Source: Daphnia carinata
Taxonomy: Eukaryota
Reading direction: 5' to 3'
Assembly (NCBI RefSeq): GCF_022539665.2
Contig: NC_081333.1
Location: forward strand, 12,586,001 to 12,650,000
DNA: 64,000 bases
Shown here: in pieces, positions 1-11,400 of the stretch
How the letters are laid out: the number at the start of each line of letters is the position of its first letter
Numbering within the stretch: position 1 is the stretch's first letter
Notes under the pieces: generated by a model
Seen by the model: the letters and a program-made list of their open reading frames with translations, nothing else
Database searches by the model: none
What the model was told of the DNA's origin: nothing
Translations under genes and position numbers: made by a program

Positions 1-3000
1 TTGAATAACTACAAACTGTTTATACGCAGGCGATGTTTCCACAATCTAAAAAAAGAAATATTTTCTAAAGCTTCCGTTTTCGACTGAGATCACCGAATCT
101 ACACATCAAAGCGATGAAATAAAAATAGGACTTCCGATCGATTCGTCAGTCCTTTCAGGTAATGCTGTGTGCCGACAATGTACGGCACATCATTTTCGAT
201 GAAAAATAGGCTTTCAATTGCCTAACCAAGTAAAAAATAATGTGACAGTGCACGTGCATAGCAATTGATGGCGAGTAAAGGGAAACATCTATTTTTCGAA
301 TACCACCGTTCGAACGTGCAAAATGGCAAACTATTTCGGTTCAGTGAATTAATTAGAGCTTCAAATAAGAACAAGCGTCGTTTTGCACAGTCCTTATTTT
401 GAAACTCGAACAGCATTTTGTTCAAATTGCACTCTGTGAAAACAAATGTCTATAACCAGTAGATGTTCACGCTTCTTTTGTTGTTCCTTATTCGATTGTT
501 CCAAACTTTTCAACGGATTTCAATTCATAGTGACATAGACAAAACATCATTGCCAACATATTCACAGTTGATGGCGGATGAGTTTAGATGTGTCGCGAGG
601 CAAAAGCAACCGGGCAACAGCCAAGAAAGCGGATCGATTTTTTTTTTTTGACGGAACTCTCTAGGTATATGGTTAACTTCGTTTCGGCTGCAGATGAAAC
701 GAGAATAATAAGGAAAAGAAAATAGGAGGGCGGGCGGCAGTAGCAAAGGTTGTTGGCTTCTCTATAGTTATTACAACTTTCCCCCTTTTAATCTTCAACA
801 TAGTGGAGATACGTTTAATGTTCCAATCAAAAACATTCCGTCGCTCTCTATGTAGTCCACTACAAAAGGTTTAATTCAAGAAGGACGTTAACGGCTAGTA
901 TATACACAAGTTGAAGAAATAAGAAAAGGAATTAAATCTTTTTTTTTTTTTTCTGATGATGGTCGGCAACAAGTTTTTTTGTTTGGGCCTTTAAATTTGT
1001 TTTCTCCCCCCTCAGTTTTCATTTCTTCCATCCGTTATATTTTTCAGAAAAAGAAAGAAAATGTGGTCAGTGGGAAGAACCAATCAGCATAATAAATGGG
1101 CATGCGGAGAGGCCCAGCTTATATCCAGCGAGAGAAAGAGGGTTTTATGTTTAAATATAATTACCCGAAAGCAAAATAGCCAAAACGGCGCCTCTATGAC
1201 GACGACGACCAACGAGGAGGGGGGAGAAATTATACTTAAGAAAATACAAAAGAAACTCCCAGACTGACCATAGATCAGATTTATGCCTCTTGAGTTATTG
1301 TCTTACCTTCCCCTTCAGATTATTTTGATCCTATACCTTTTGTGTTCATGTTAACCCGAGCGATATGAATTTTCTTGTTGTTTTGTCTATCCGAAACTTA
1401 AATCTCTTTCCTCTTTTTTTTTTTTCAGGACTCGCCAATGTTTTTCAATCCACCTGTCTAATATGGTCTGCGTAGACGTTTATATAGGTAAGGGCTACTT
1501 GACATTTTATTGCTTTCCGACTCATATTTTTTTGTCTAGTATGTGTACACTTATTCGTATTGCTACGCTTGTGTCTATGTGCGTTGGTCTTGCCATCCCT
1601 TTGGTGCTCTTCTGCACCGGATAGCACATAAAAAAGCGAGAGAATGAAAAGAAAAAAGATGAAAGACGCCTAGAATGTGTCTATGGAAAACAAGAATCCC
1701 ATATCAAAGAATCCCTTAGAGTAGTACTCGTATGGAAAATACCCTTATTTCGCGTAGATTGAGACTGTCAACACACGTCATTTCTCGTCTCGGGCCAACG
1801 CGTTTCCCTATTTTCTCGCTTTGTTTTTCTTTCTCTCTCGTTTACATAAGCAGCAGCCTACCGTATGCTCTATCTGCTCGCATAACATTCCGCATGCCTG
1901 ACGCTGATGTGTCTATCTCGGCGGAATGGGCTCAGCTTAGCTCATCGCCTTATCCTTCACCAAAAACTTTTTGCTTGGCTAACGCTAGCGCTCTTCCGGC
2001 TCTATATATGCCAGACTATCAGCCAAGACAGTGTCAACTGGGAAACGGAGGAAATAGCGAAGACTTGTCATCGTCTTCTCGATCGTTCTAATATTATATG
2101 GCGTAGCCGTATGGCCACGCCAGTATATACACACAACAACTTGCGAATGGCTATACACACACGCTGCTGCTTTTTTATAGCCCGACCGTCTCATCACATC
2201 ACTGAGTTTCTCGTCTAGTTGGACTTGAGGGCGCTTTTCGGCTCAATTCACACGAAGGGAATCGGATTTGGCACGCGTTGAAAAGTCACTGCTGATGTTC
2301 ACGTCTTTTTTTTTTTTTTTTTTTTGCTTGCCTCCCACTCGCACACAACACTAATCCCTCTTTAAGTTCTACATTTTTACTTGAGCTTTCGTCGGCCCAA
2401 GTTGACATTAGAATTAGCGAATAACCAAAGCGATTAGTTTTGCAGATACGTTTTATCGCCGTTTGGGTTTTAATTTTTTACTTTTTCCCTTTTGCAATGG
2501 CGGGAAGGGAAAAATAATTCATTTTTCCGCGCTCGTGCACGATATCAGCCATCGTTCACGCCGGCACAAGCCTCAGTGACTGCAAAAGAGGGACGCAAGA
2601 GACCGAAAGCTGATGTCTCGGAGGAGATGGGATCCGAGTCACTGAATTCCCTTCTCTTGCCCAGAAACAGGAAAAAGCAATCATTGCACTATAAAAACTA
2701 TTTTCAGCCTTTCTTTAACCATTCCAAAATAAAAGCCTACACCCGTTTCACCCCTCACACTTTGACCAGTTGCTTTTTTTGCTTCGTGGAAACCCCTAAC
2801 GCATAACCTTTTCTTTTACAGAACAAAGACCTTTACGTAATGAATAAAAAGGATCGCCAATAGCTGGAACAACTACAGATACCAACACGCAACGGAAATA
2901 GAATGACGGTAAATAATTTGTCAGTACCTGAATGAAGAGTGCGGCTGAAGAGGTTTCGTATGCGACCTGAATCGAGTGCGTCTCAGAGCTGACTGCTTCC

Positions 3001-3848
3001 CAGCTCGCCTTTCCAAAAGACTTTTTAGTATGGGAGGCAAGCGGGTGGGAAAAGGGGAGGATATATGTTGCTGTTTGGCCCTCACTGACTGGTAAAGCTT
3101 CCTCTCCGTCTGCGCCGTTAGAAGTGAGGACAGTGCGCTCTTCTTGTGCGCCACCAATCACCGAACAGCTGGGCCATTTCCGCCCTGCGCTTGGCCAGGT
3201 TTTCTTTTCTTTTTTTTCTCTTTTCTTTTTTTTTTTTTAATTTTAACCGCTATTTCAATTTCGAACGTAAACTGTCAAATGATCACTTGCGATCCGTGTT
3301 TACTTGAAAAGTACGGTAATTAACGATGCTCTGGGAACGTTTAAAAAGATACGTAAATAAGCAGACAGATACACGACAGAAAGTAAATGCAGGGAACTAA
3401 TCAAATGCCCGCTGGGTGGTTGTATTAGAAACGTACCCAGGTCCGCCCGCTGCGCTAATTAACGGTCTCCGCTGCTGGGCGTCGAGCCTGTGGATAGCAT
3501 GGTTTAGAGCCATCGGTATAGGCTATTGACCGGCCTGTGTCGTGCACTGCACGCGAACAAAAAAAAATAAGGGGAGGTTGATTGGAGACTAGGTTGGATG
3601 GGATTCAAGGCAGTACAACAGCCGAATACAATACAAACACAAGAACTAGGGTTTCAATAGAAGATCTCTCTCCCTCTTTGTATTTGCGACGAACTTCGAC
3701 AGAAAACCGTATTGTGAGCTGAACAAGAATAGGTACGTGCGTTAAAATATAGAGCGGATGGAGCAGGAATTCCGGTTTTGACAGCGATCGATAAACGAAG
3801 GGAGGCTGCTGTGTTACAATTTTACAATTCAAACCAAACACGAGACAT

Positions 3849-5504
3849 CTAGCGGACAGCGTTCCTTACACACGATTCGTAAGTTTCAATCACTTTGTTA
3901 AATGATCCTCTACTCTGGGCGGCATCTACGAGTTGTTGGAGCCGGTCAGGTACTGTTCGATGAGCTGCGTGTAGAATGAAGGCTAGGGCTTTGGTGTTGA
4001 GGGACTCGAGCAAACCAAGGAAATAGTCGATGGCAAACAAGTCGAGTTGTTTACGGAAACAATCGCCGACTACGTCGCTGTAATCAGATGCATATTTGCT
4101 GAGTTCGTTTTCTCCGTCCACATATGGCTCTAGTCTACTGCCAATGTGGCCCACCAGCTCCAATATCTTAGAATCTTGTGGTGCTGAACTGATGGTGATG
4201 AAGAAGATCGTGGCCGCTTGCACGGCACTTGCAGTTAAACTGGCCAATTCCTCCTCTGTCGAATCGCAGACGCTTTTCAATAGAAAGGAAAAGTAGAACG
4301 TTAAGAACGTATCGACATGGTCCCGCGCATTCACTAAAACCGATAAGCAAAACTTAAAACAGCTTCAAACTGAATGGAAATAACGTGTAAATACCGATTT
4401 CAATCCGCATAGTTTTATTTCTGCTGAAATTGTACAACGCCGAAACCAGGGCGGCAAATGAATCTCGAACGTCTTGCGGATAATCAAACGCGACATCTGA
4501 GTTGCCACTTTGCAGTTGCTTTTGGGCTTCTATTATCCCACTAAGAATGTCTGAAACATCAAGAATACGAATTAGCCTGTGACCACAATAGCAAGCATTA
4601 AAAGCCCCTACTTTTATATGGAACTTCTTCGTCGTGCTCCATATGACTAGTTAGGTTGTCGAGAAACTTGGCAGATCTAATTAACAACTCTTCTGCATAA
4701 ACGAATTTAGAACAAAAACATTAATAAGTGGACGAAGGGGTAGGCGGTGAAGAAAACAATATGATACAGAGATAATAATTACCGTTTATAGAGTTTTCAA
4801 GGATGAACGCAACAGAGATCCATAAGGTTTCATCGTTAAGAAGCATACTACAGGATTTATTTTTAGAATAGTGAATCAAATTATCTAGGAGCCGAACAAT
4901 CTGAATAATTGTTTGGGAGTCTTCACTAGACATCAAATTTACTACACTAGTTAGCAATTCACTATCTAATAGGATTTCATGTCCTATTTTCTGTTGGCAA
5001 GATAGGTTTGCTAGGATTCCGATTCCAATCTCCTACATTTAAAGTTTTATGTTCAGTGAAAGTAATATGTCATATGCACTCAGTAACACTTTTACCGTTA
5101 ATCTTGGGGCTACGCTTTCGTCAATGACACATTTTGTTAAGAATAAAATGTCGTGCTGAAATAAACAATGTGCAACTTCTTTATCTGCAGACATGTCCCA
5201 CAACAAACACAGGTCTGTTTCCAAAGAGTCATCCAGTTCAACTGCATTGTTCTCTTGAGTTTCAAAATTTTTATGTTTCTTAGAGTACAAAGGCAATTCC
5301 TGAATAACACCACTTGTTGAAAATGATTTAACTTGCCTATTAGTTTTATACCTCAGTAAGTTTCATCAAAGTTTTCAAGACCCACGATTCCGAATACAAC
5401 GTATCACCGATCGCATCTCCTTTAAGTCTTTCATCATCTTCCGCATTTAAGTCACCGTTTTCTTCAACACTGAATTCAGCAGAGTTTTGGTTTGAAGTGG
5501 ACAT
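3849..5504 (-). CDS. SAAL1: SAAL1-like (serum amyloid A-like 1) protein, about 6 exons
   Basis: ATG at 5504; exon 1 reads MSTSNQNSAEFSVEENGDLNAEDDERLKGDAIGDTLYSESWVLKTLMKLTE. Later exons give LETDLCLLWDMSADKEVA...PRLTE|IGIGILANLSCQ. The D(A/S)IGxTxYSxxW, LWDMS and PRLxEIxxGILxNxxC motifs match SAAL1 as recalled. ORFs 5039-5296, 4721-4957 and 3849-4334 are exon pieces; stop at 3849. Confidence 0.85.
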
Positions 5505-5977
5505 TCCAAATTTCTAACTGAGAAGATAGAATTTCTGTAGAAAACTATCGAACGAAGCTAAAGCACTCTAAAATTTATGTTTGTTTGTTTACACGATGTC
5601 ACTATTGCATTAGCTTGCCGCTAGAAGGACTGACATTGCCGTATGCTTTGGGGTACAGGGTTTTGGAAAAATACTAAATAGTGGGAAAGTCGGGCTTATT
5701 TTGTCGGGCTTAATTTTCATTTTGACGAAAAAAGTATACCACTTGGAATTCTATAATAAATTATACGTCATATATGGCAATCCGTTTTACATAAAAAAAA
5801 AAAAAAATGGCGGAAAAAAAAAAATCGCACTTTTTTCTCTTTTTTCTACCCGTAGCCATCTATCAGTCGGTTTCGTTATTACAAGCATGTAAGCAATTTG
5901 AGTTAATTGTATCCCATTAGCAGTTAATTGAGTAGCGTGGCTGGAGAACAACGCGTGGCTGGAGGAACAATTGAAAA

Positions 5978-6700
5978 ATGGATAAGATAATAAAACAAAA
6001 AAATGGTAAGTATAAACATTATTATATTGGTTTTCAATTTTTAATTATTGTTTATTAGATGAAATTATGAAGCTGCAGGCCCAGTTATTGGAACAACACA
6101 AAATATTAGATAACAAAGCTAAGGATCGTAGGCCTAACACGTAATGATTCTATTTATTTGCTTTTATTCATTCGTGTTTTGTAGCTCAAATTTTGAGTCT
6201 TCAAGCTCAGCTGGGGGAAAAGAACAAATTGGAACAGAACAGTTTCCAAACAGTGAAGGAGGTTTTTCAAAACTCATCTCTAACTGAACGTGAGGATGAG
6301 TTGGCATTAGGCGAAGACAACCAGGTACCTAAAGTTTTCAAATAAGAATTCAAAATAAGTATAGAATTTAAAAAAAAAAATTATTTATTGCTTAGTTATT
6401 CAGTCCACCACCTGACAGTGTGTTAAATTTAAATTCTGTTAGTGCTGCACTAAAAGAATCGTTAGTAATAAGCTCATGCAGTGAAGGAACTGAACAATTG
6501 TGGGACCGTATTTGGGCCGAAAATGGGTGTGGTACAGAAACCCAGAAATGGCACAAGTTCAACATGAAACATGGATTAGGTACTTTTTGGTTTTTTGTCT
6601 ATCGAAAAAGTATTTTTAATGCTATTATTTTGCATTCACAGATTTTAACGGGGGATCAAATCAAGTCTGGAAGTGTTATAGGATGGAAGAGTGAGCCTAC
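5978..6700 (+). pseudogene. Spliced ORF relic in the left arm (coiled-coil-like N-terminus); inverted second copy at ~9570-10297
   Basis: ATG 5978. GT-AG exons 5978-6005, 6059-6127, 6185-6324 and 6396-6579 splice in frame: MDKIIKQKNDEIMKLQAQLLEQHKIL...QILSLQAQLGEKNKLEQ...LFSPPPDSVLNLNS...WDRIWAENGCG. A stop follows soon after in both arms. The 3' boundary is approximate. Confidence 0.5.
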
Positions 6701-8104
6701 AGATGAAAAAACACTGAGAGTGCATTACCGTAAGGTGTGAGGTAAATTAATAGAGTAATGCAAATTGCCTAATGAGAAGTACCATCTTGTGTTAATGAAT
6801 CCAGTACAACAGCAATCCTTTATAGTTCTGTCACAGCTAGAAGCCTCAAATAATTCTGCTTCTCTGTCTAAAGAACAACTTGTTCTTTACGTTCAGAGTG
6901 TTGGGGAAACTGGGTACTTAAATGGCCCTAAAGATGTTTTAATTTTGCTGCTATTGCAGAGATGAACATCACATGGACTCTTTAGGTATGAAAGGATTTT
7001 TCTTCAAATAATTTTGAATTTATGACGAAGAATTTCTCCTCCTTTTTGCCAACCAGGTCTTATCTACCAAAAAAAATTTTATCCAATAGGAAAGGATTTT
7101 CATGTACTGGGAACACAACTATCAACAATGCAACATTCTACAGGTGCTAGTTTATCATTCAAGAGCCTTATACAATGAAGTTAATCTGCAATTTGTATGT
7201 CCTTTCCCAAGCTTCCACCAGAATTTGAATCTATGAGTCATGTAAGTTCCATGATCAACAATTGATGTGTTTAACGGTGTTGTTTTTCTTTTCTCAATAT
7301 AGGTTAATAGTAACATTGGATCTGAAAAGATTCTTGGTTGGGGCAAGACACTGAATAAATTGTATTGATTGGATGGATGACATGACATTGCTATACTTAA
7401 TTCGGATTCCCCAGACGGTATTTGATATTAAAAAATTGAAGTGCATATCTGGGCTCCCTTCTTTTCTGAAGCCCCGTTTCCCCTTGACTCATAATAAGCC
7501 CGTAGGGGGTCATGCCCCTACTGTACGGTATATATAAAAACAACATATACCGAGGTTTGGAGGGCTCTGGCCGGAAAGGGGACGTGGGGTGCCGCTTAGT
7601 CCGATGATGTGTTCACGGAGGGCGACGTGGCTACCCACAAATCCGAACTAAAGGTTAATCGCTCCTGTAAAAATGTTCCAAATCTTCAGCTCTTCTTCCG
7701 GCTTCTCTTAGCCAATCACCGGGTAATCTCCCCGGTGGGTCAACAAGGCAGTGTCTCCCCCTGCCTGGGTTGACGGCAACTTTTGAAAGGGCTATTGTGC
7801 CTTTTTAAAGTTGCAAAAATAATTGTAATGTGCAGAGAATTGTCAATAAATTTTTTTTTATAAAATGTTTTTTGCAAAAAGTTTTTATTTCATTGTCTGT
7901 GTTCGCTTTGTCCACACATTACATTTATCAACTTTTTTTTTGTTTTTGTTTGTTTTTGTTGATTGTTTTTGCCACTGTTGTATAGCTTATCTGTTAGTAT
8001 TCAATTAGTATTTATTACACTTTTTGAATTCTTGAACTTAGACAAGGAACAACGTGCAATACCTGGATATTTTCTGAAGTAATTTTATACTTGTATATTG
8101 TTTT

Positions 8105-8172
8105 ACTGGCATAAAATCGATCCCCAGACATTCAGCGTACAACGCCGATGCTCTAACATTGAGCCACGAGAT
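8105..8172 (-). other. Degenerate tRNA-like unit (A/B box) in the foldback spacer
   Basis: Reverse complement reads GTGGCTCAATGTTAGAGCATCGGCG...GGGATCGATT: A-box-like and B-box-like motifs at tRNA spacing, with no clean acceptor stem. Confidence 0.5.
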
Positions 8173-8270
8173 ATATCTAAATTTTCTATTATCGCATATC
8201 ATATGTTATAGTCTAGGATGTTTATGTAGTCTTTCACAAGTATATATTTATCTTTTTATAGCTTTCATAA

Positions 8271-8340
8271 GGTTCATAGCTTTGTGGTAGAGCATTCAGC
8301 TGCGGTAACTGTTACCCTGGGTTCAAACCTTAGTAGATGT
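8271..8340 (+). other. Degenerate tRNA-like unit (A/B box) in the foldback spacer
   Basis: TAGCTTTGTGGTAGAGCA (compare tRNA D-arm TAGCTCAGTGGTAGAGCA) and GGTTCAAACC at 8320-8329 (B box). Confidence 0.6.
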
Positions 8341-8420
8341 ATAAAGACCTACGTTTCAATTTTATTCAAAGTGTAAATGCAAGTCCGCAAGTGACTAGAA
8401 AAAATCTAACCTGACATCAT

Positions 8421-8490
8421 ATGATTCATGGCTCATTGGTATAGCATCGGCGCGGTTGTTCCTTGAACATCCAGTTCAATCCCTGGATAA
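8421..8490 (+). other. Degenerate tRNA-like unit (A/B box) in the foldback spacer
   Basis: TGGCTCATTGGTATAGCATCGGCG at 8429 and AGTTCAATCC at 8473; related in inverted orientation to the 8105-8172 unit. Confidence 0.5.
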
Positions 8491-11400
8491 TAATTCAAAA
8501 AGTTACAGATAAACGATAAACCAATGGAAACAATGCTTACCATCAAAGGTGGCATAAAAAATAAAGGTGAATTGAGCAAGCTAAATAAAAAAAAAAGTTG
8601 ATAAATGTAATGTGTGGACAAAGCGAACACAGACAATGAAATAAAAACTTTTTGCAAAAAACATTTTATAAAAAAAAATTTATTGACAATTCTCTGCACA
8701 TTACAATTATTTTTGCAACTTTAAAAAGGCACAATAGCCCTTTCAAAAGTTGCCGTCAACCCAGGCAGGGGGAGACACTGCCTTGTTGACCCACCGGGGA
8801 GATTACCCGGTGATTGGCTAAGAGAAGCCGGAAGAAGAGCTGAAGATTTGGAACATTTTTACAGGAGCGATTAACCTTTAGTTCGGATTTGTGGGTAGCC
8901 ACGTCGCCCTCCGTGAACACATCATCGGACTAAGCGGCACCCCACGTCCCCTTTCCGGCCAGAGCCCTCCAAACCTCGGTATATGTTGTTTTTATATATA
9001 CCGTACAGTAGGGGCATGACCCCCTACGGGCTTATTATGAGTCAAGGGGAAACGGGGCTTCAGAAAAGAAGGGAGCCCAGATATGCACTTCAATTTTTTA
9101 AATATCAAATACCGTCTGGGGAATCCGAATTAAGTATAGCAATGTCATGTCATCCATCCAATCAATACAATTTATTCAGTGTCTTGCCCCAACCAAGAAT
9201 CTTTTCAGATCCAATGTTACTATTAACCTATATTGAGAAAAGAAAAACAACACCGTTAAACACATCAATTGTTGATCATGGAACTTACATGACTCATAGA
9301 TTCAAATTCTGGTGGAAGCTTGGGAAAGGACATACAAATTGCAGATTAACTTCATTGTATAAGGCTCTTGAATGATAAACTAGCACCTGTAGAATGTTGC
9401 ATTGTTGATAGTTGTGTTCCCAGTACATGAAAATCCTTTCCTATTGGATAAAATTTTTTTTGGTAGATAGAAGTACCCAGCTTCACCAACACTCTGAACG
9501 TAAAGGACAAGTTGTTCTTTAGCAAGAGAAGCAGCTCATACCTTAATGGTAATGCACTTTCAGTGTTTTTCAACTGTAGGCTGACTCTTCCATCCTGTAA
9601 CACTTCCAGACTTGACTTGATCCCCTGCTAAAATTCTGTGAATACAAAATAATAGCATTAAAAAAACTTTTTCGATAGACAAAAAACCAAAAAGAACCTA
9701 ATCCATGTTTTATGTTTAACTTGTGCCATATCTCGGTTTCCGTACCACACCCATTTTCGGCCCAAATACGGTCCCACAATTGTTCAATTCCTTCGCTGCA
9801 TGGACATATAACGATTCTTTTAGTGCAGCACTAGCAGAATTTAAATTTAACACACTGTCAGGTGGTGGACTGAATAACTAAACAATAAATAATTGTTTGT
9901 TAAAATTCTATACTTATTTTGAATTCTTATTTGAAAAGTTTAGGTACCTGCCTGTGTTCGCCTAATGCCAACTCATCCTCACGTTCAGTTAGGGAAGAGT
10001 TTTGAAAAACCTCTTTCACTGTTTGGAAACTGTTCCATTCCAATTTGTTTTTTTCCCCTAGCTGAGCTTGTAGACTCAAAATTTGAGCTACAAAACACAA
10101 ATGAATAAAAGCAAATAAATAGAATCATTACGTATTAGGCCTTACCATCCTTAGCTTTGCTGTTATCTAATATTTTGTGTTGTTCCAATAATTGGGCCTA
10201 CAGCTTCATAATTTGATCTAATAAACAATAATTAATAATTGAAAACCAATATAATAATCTTTATACTTACCATCCTTTTGTTGTATTATCTTATCCATTT
10301 TTCATTTGTTCCTCCAGCCACGCGTTATTCTCCATCCACGCTACTGAACTAACTGCGAATGGCATCCAATGGACTGAAATTGCCTACGCCAGTAATAACG
10401 AGTCTGAGCGGTAGATGGCTACGTGTCGGAAAAAAAGAAATAAGTGCGATTTTTTTTTTCCCGACATTTTTTTTTTTTTTTTATGTAAAACGGATTGCCA
10501 TATAAAACGGATTGCCATAGGTGACAAGTATACTTGTCGACATCCCCGAAACAGATACACCATCTATCGGCGAAAAATCCCATAAAAGTTTGTCGATCCA
10601 CTTGTAATAGATCTATATGCCAAAGCTAGATGACTCGGCACACAACTATTGTTGAACGGATAGTCACGAAAACGCGACTGTGCACTCTATCGCTATTTTC
10701 TCTACAAGTTGAAGCCGATTTCCGCGTCGCAGCTTGCAAGACCGAAGAGGAAACAGTTTTGATAGAATCTTTATCAGGAAATATCTAAGCCGGCGTCATT
10801 TCTGCCAACACTCAAATATGGGTGGCCGTTTATGAGTGATGACCAGCAACTCAGCTCCGCCAAGTAATGATTACATGATAAACCGCGCCGCAGTTTATTA
10901 CGGAGTGGAGAAACCTCCTATCCATTTGAGAGGGAAACAAGCGGTTGTATGACGTCAATGCCCGGTTGTCGTCGAGAGAAGTTAGACCTGTCGTCATCAC
11001 TCGTACTTACGTCCAAGGGCAGTAATGACACCCCAGCTCATCTCTCCAGTGCCACATTTAATTCCTGTAACACTTTTCAATGAGTCTTTTTTGCATGAAT
11101 AACATGATTATAGTCGTAACCTTGTTATTGAGATGAGCACAAAGCATTGATTCAATCACTGTGGCGTGCGGCGTATAACCGACAGTTTAAGATAAAATAA
11201 TGCACAATTGTATTTGGACGTATGTCAAAATTAATCGGAAACGGATGTAGCACATCAGTAAGGTATTGCGAATATTTTCCTTATCTCTTTGATGAACATC
11301 ATTTACGACATCACGGGTTCTCCACGTTACATAGGGAGTCACTGTTTCTTACCAAAGGATTGCATAGTCCGGCTTATCTTATAACCAGGAAAAAAAGATC

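Larger units (their letters stand above)
5776..10499. mobile_element. Foldback/inverted-repeat DNA element, apparently non-autonomous; arms ~5776-7941 and ~8587-10499, spacer ~645 bp
   Basis: Termini GGCAATCCGTTTTACAT(A)n at 5776 and (T)nATGTAAAACGGATTGCC ending at 10499, each flanked by AT. The arms are reverse complements along their length; the identical peptide MSCHPSNQ...KALE appears at 7155-7388(-) and within 8983-9375(+). No transposase was recognised. Confidence 0.85.

Noticed and set aside
7568..7790. Hammerhead or HDV-like ribozyme in the hairpin module
   Set aside because: CCGATGA is present instead of CTGATGA with no properly placed GAAA, and I could not build a consistent HDV P1/P3/L3 pseudoknot by eye.
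8105..8490. Functional tRNA genes
   Set aside because: A/B boxes are present but acceptor and anticodon stems do not pair properly, so they are reported only as tRNA-like.
8983..9375. 130 aa ORF and its mirror 7155-7388 as real genes
   Set aside because: No recognisable domain; the duplication is explained by the inverted repeat, and the left copy is interrupted by a 1-bp indel.
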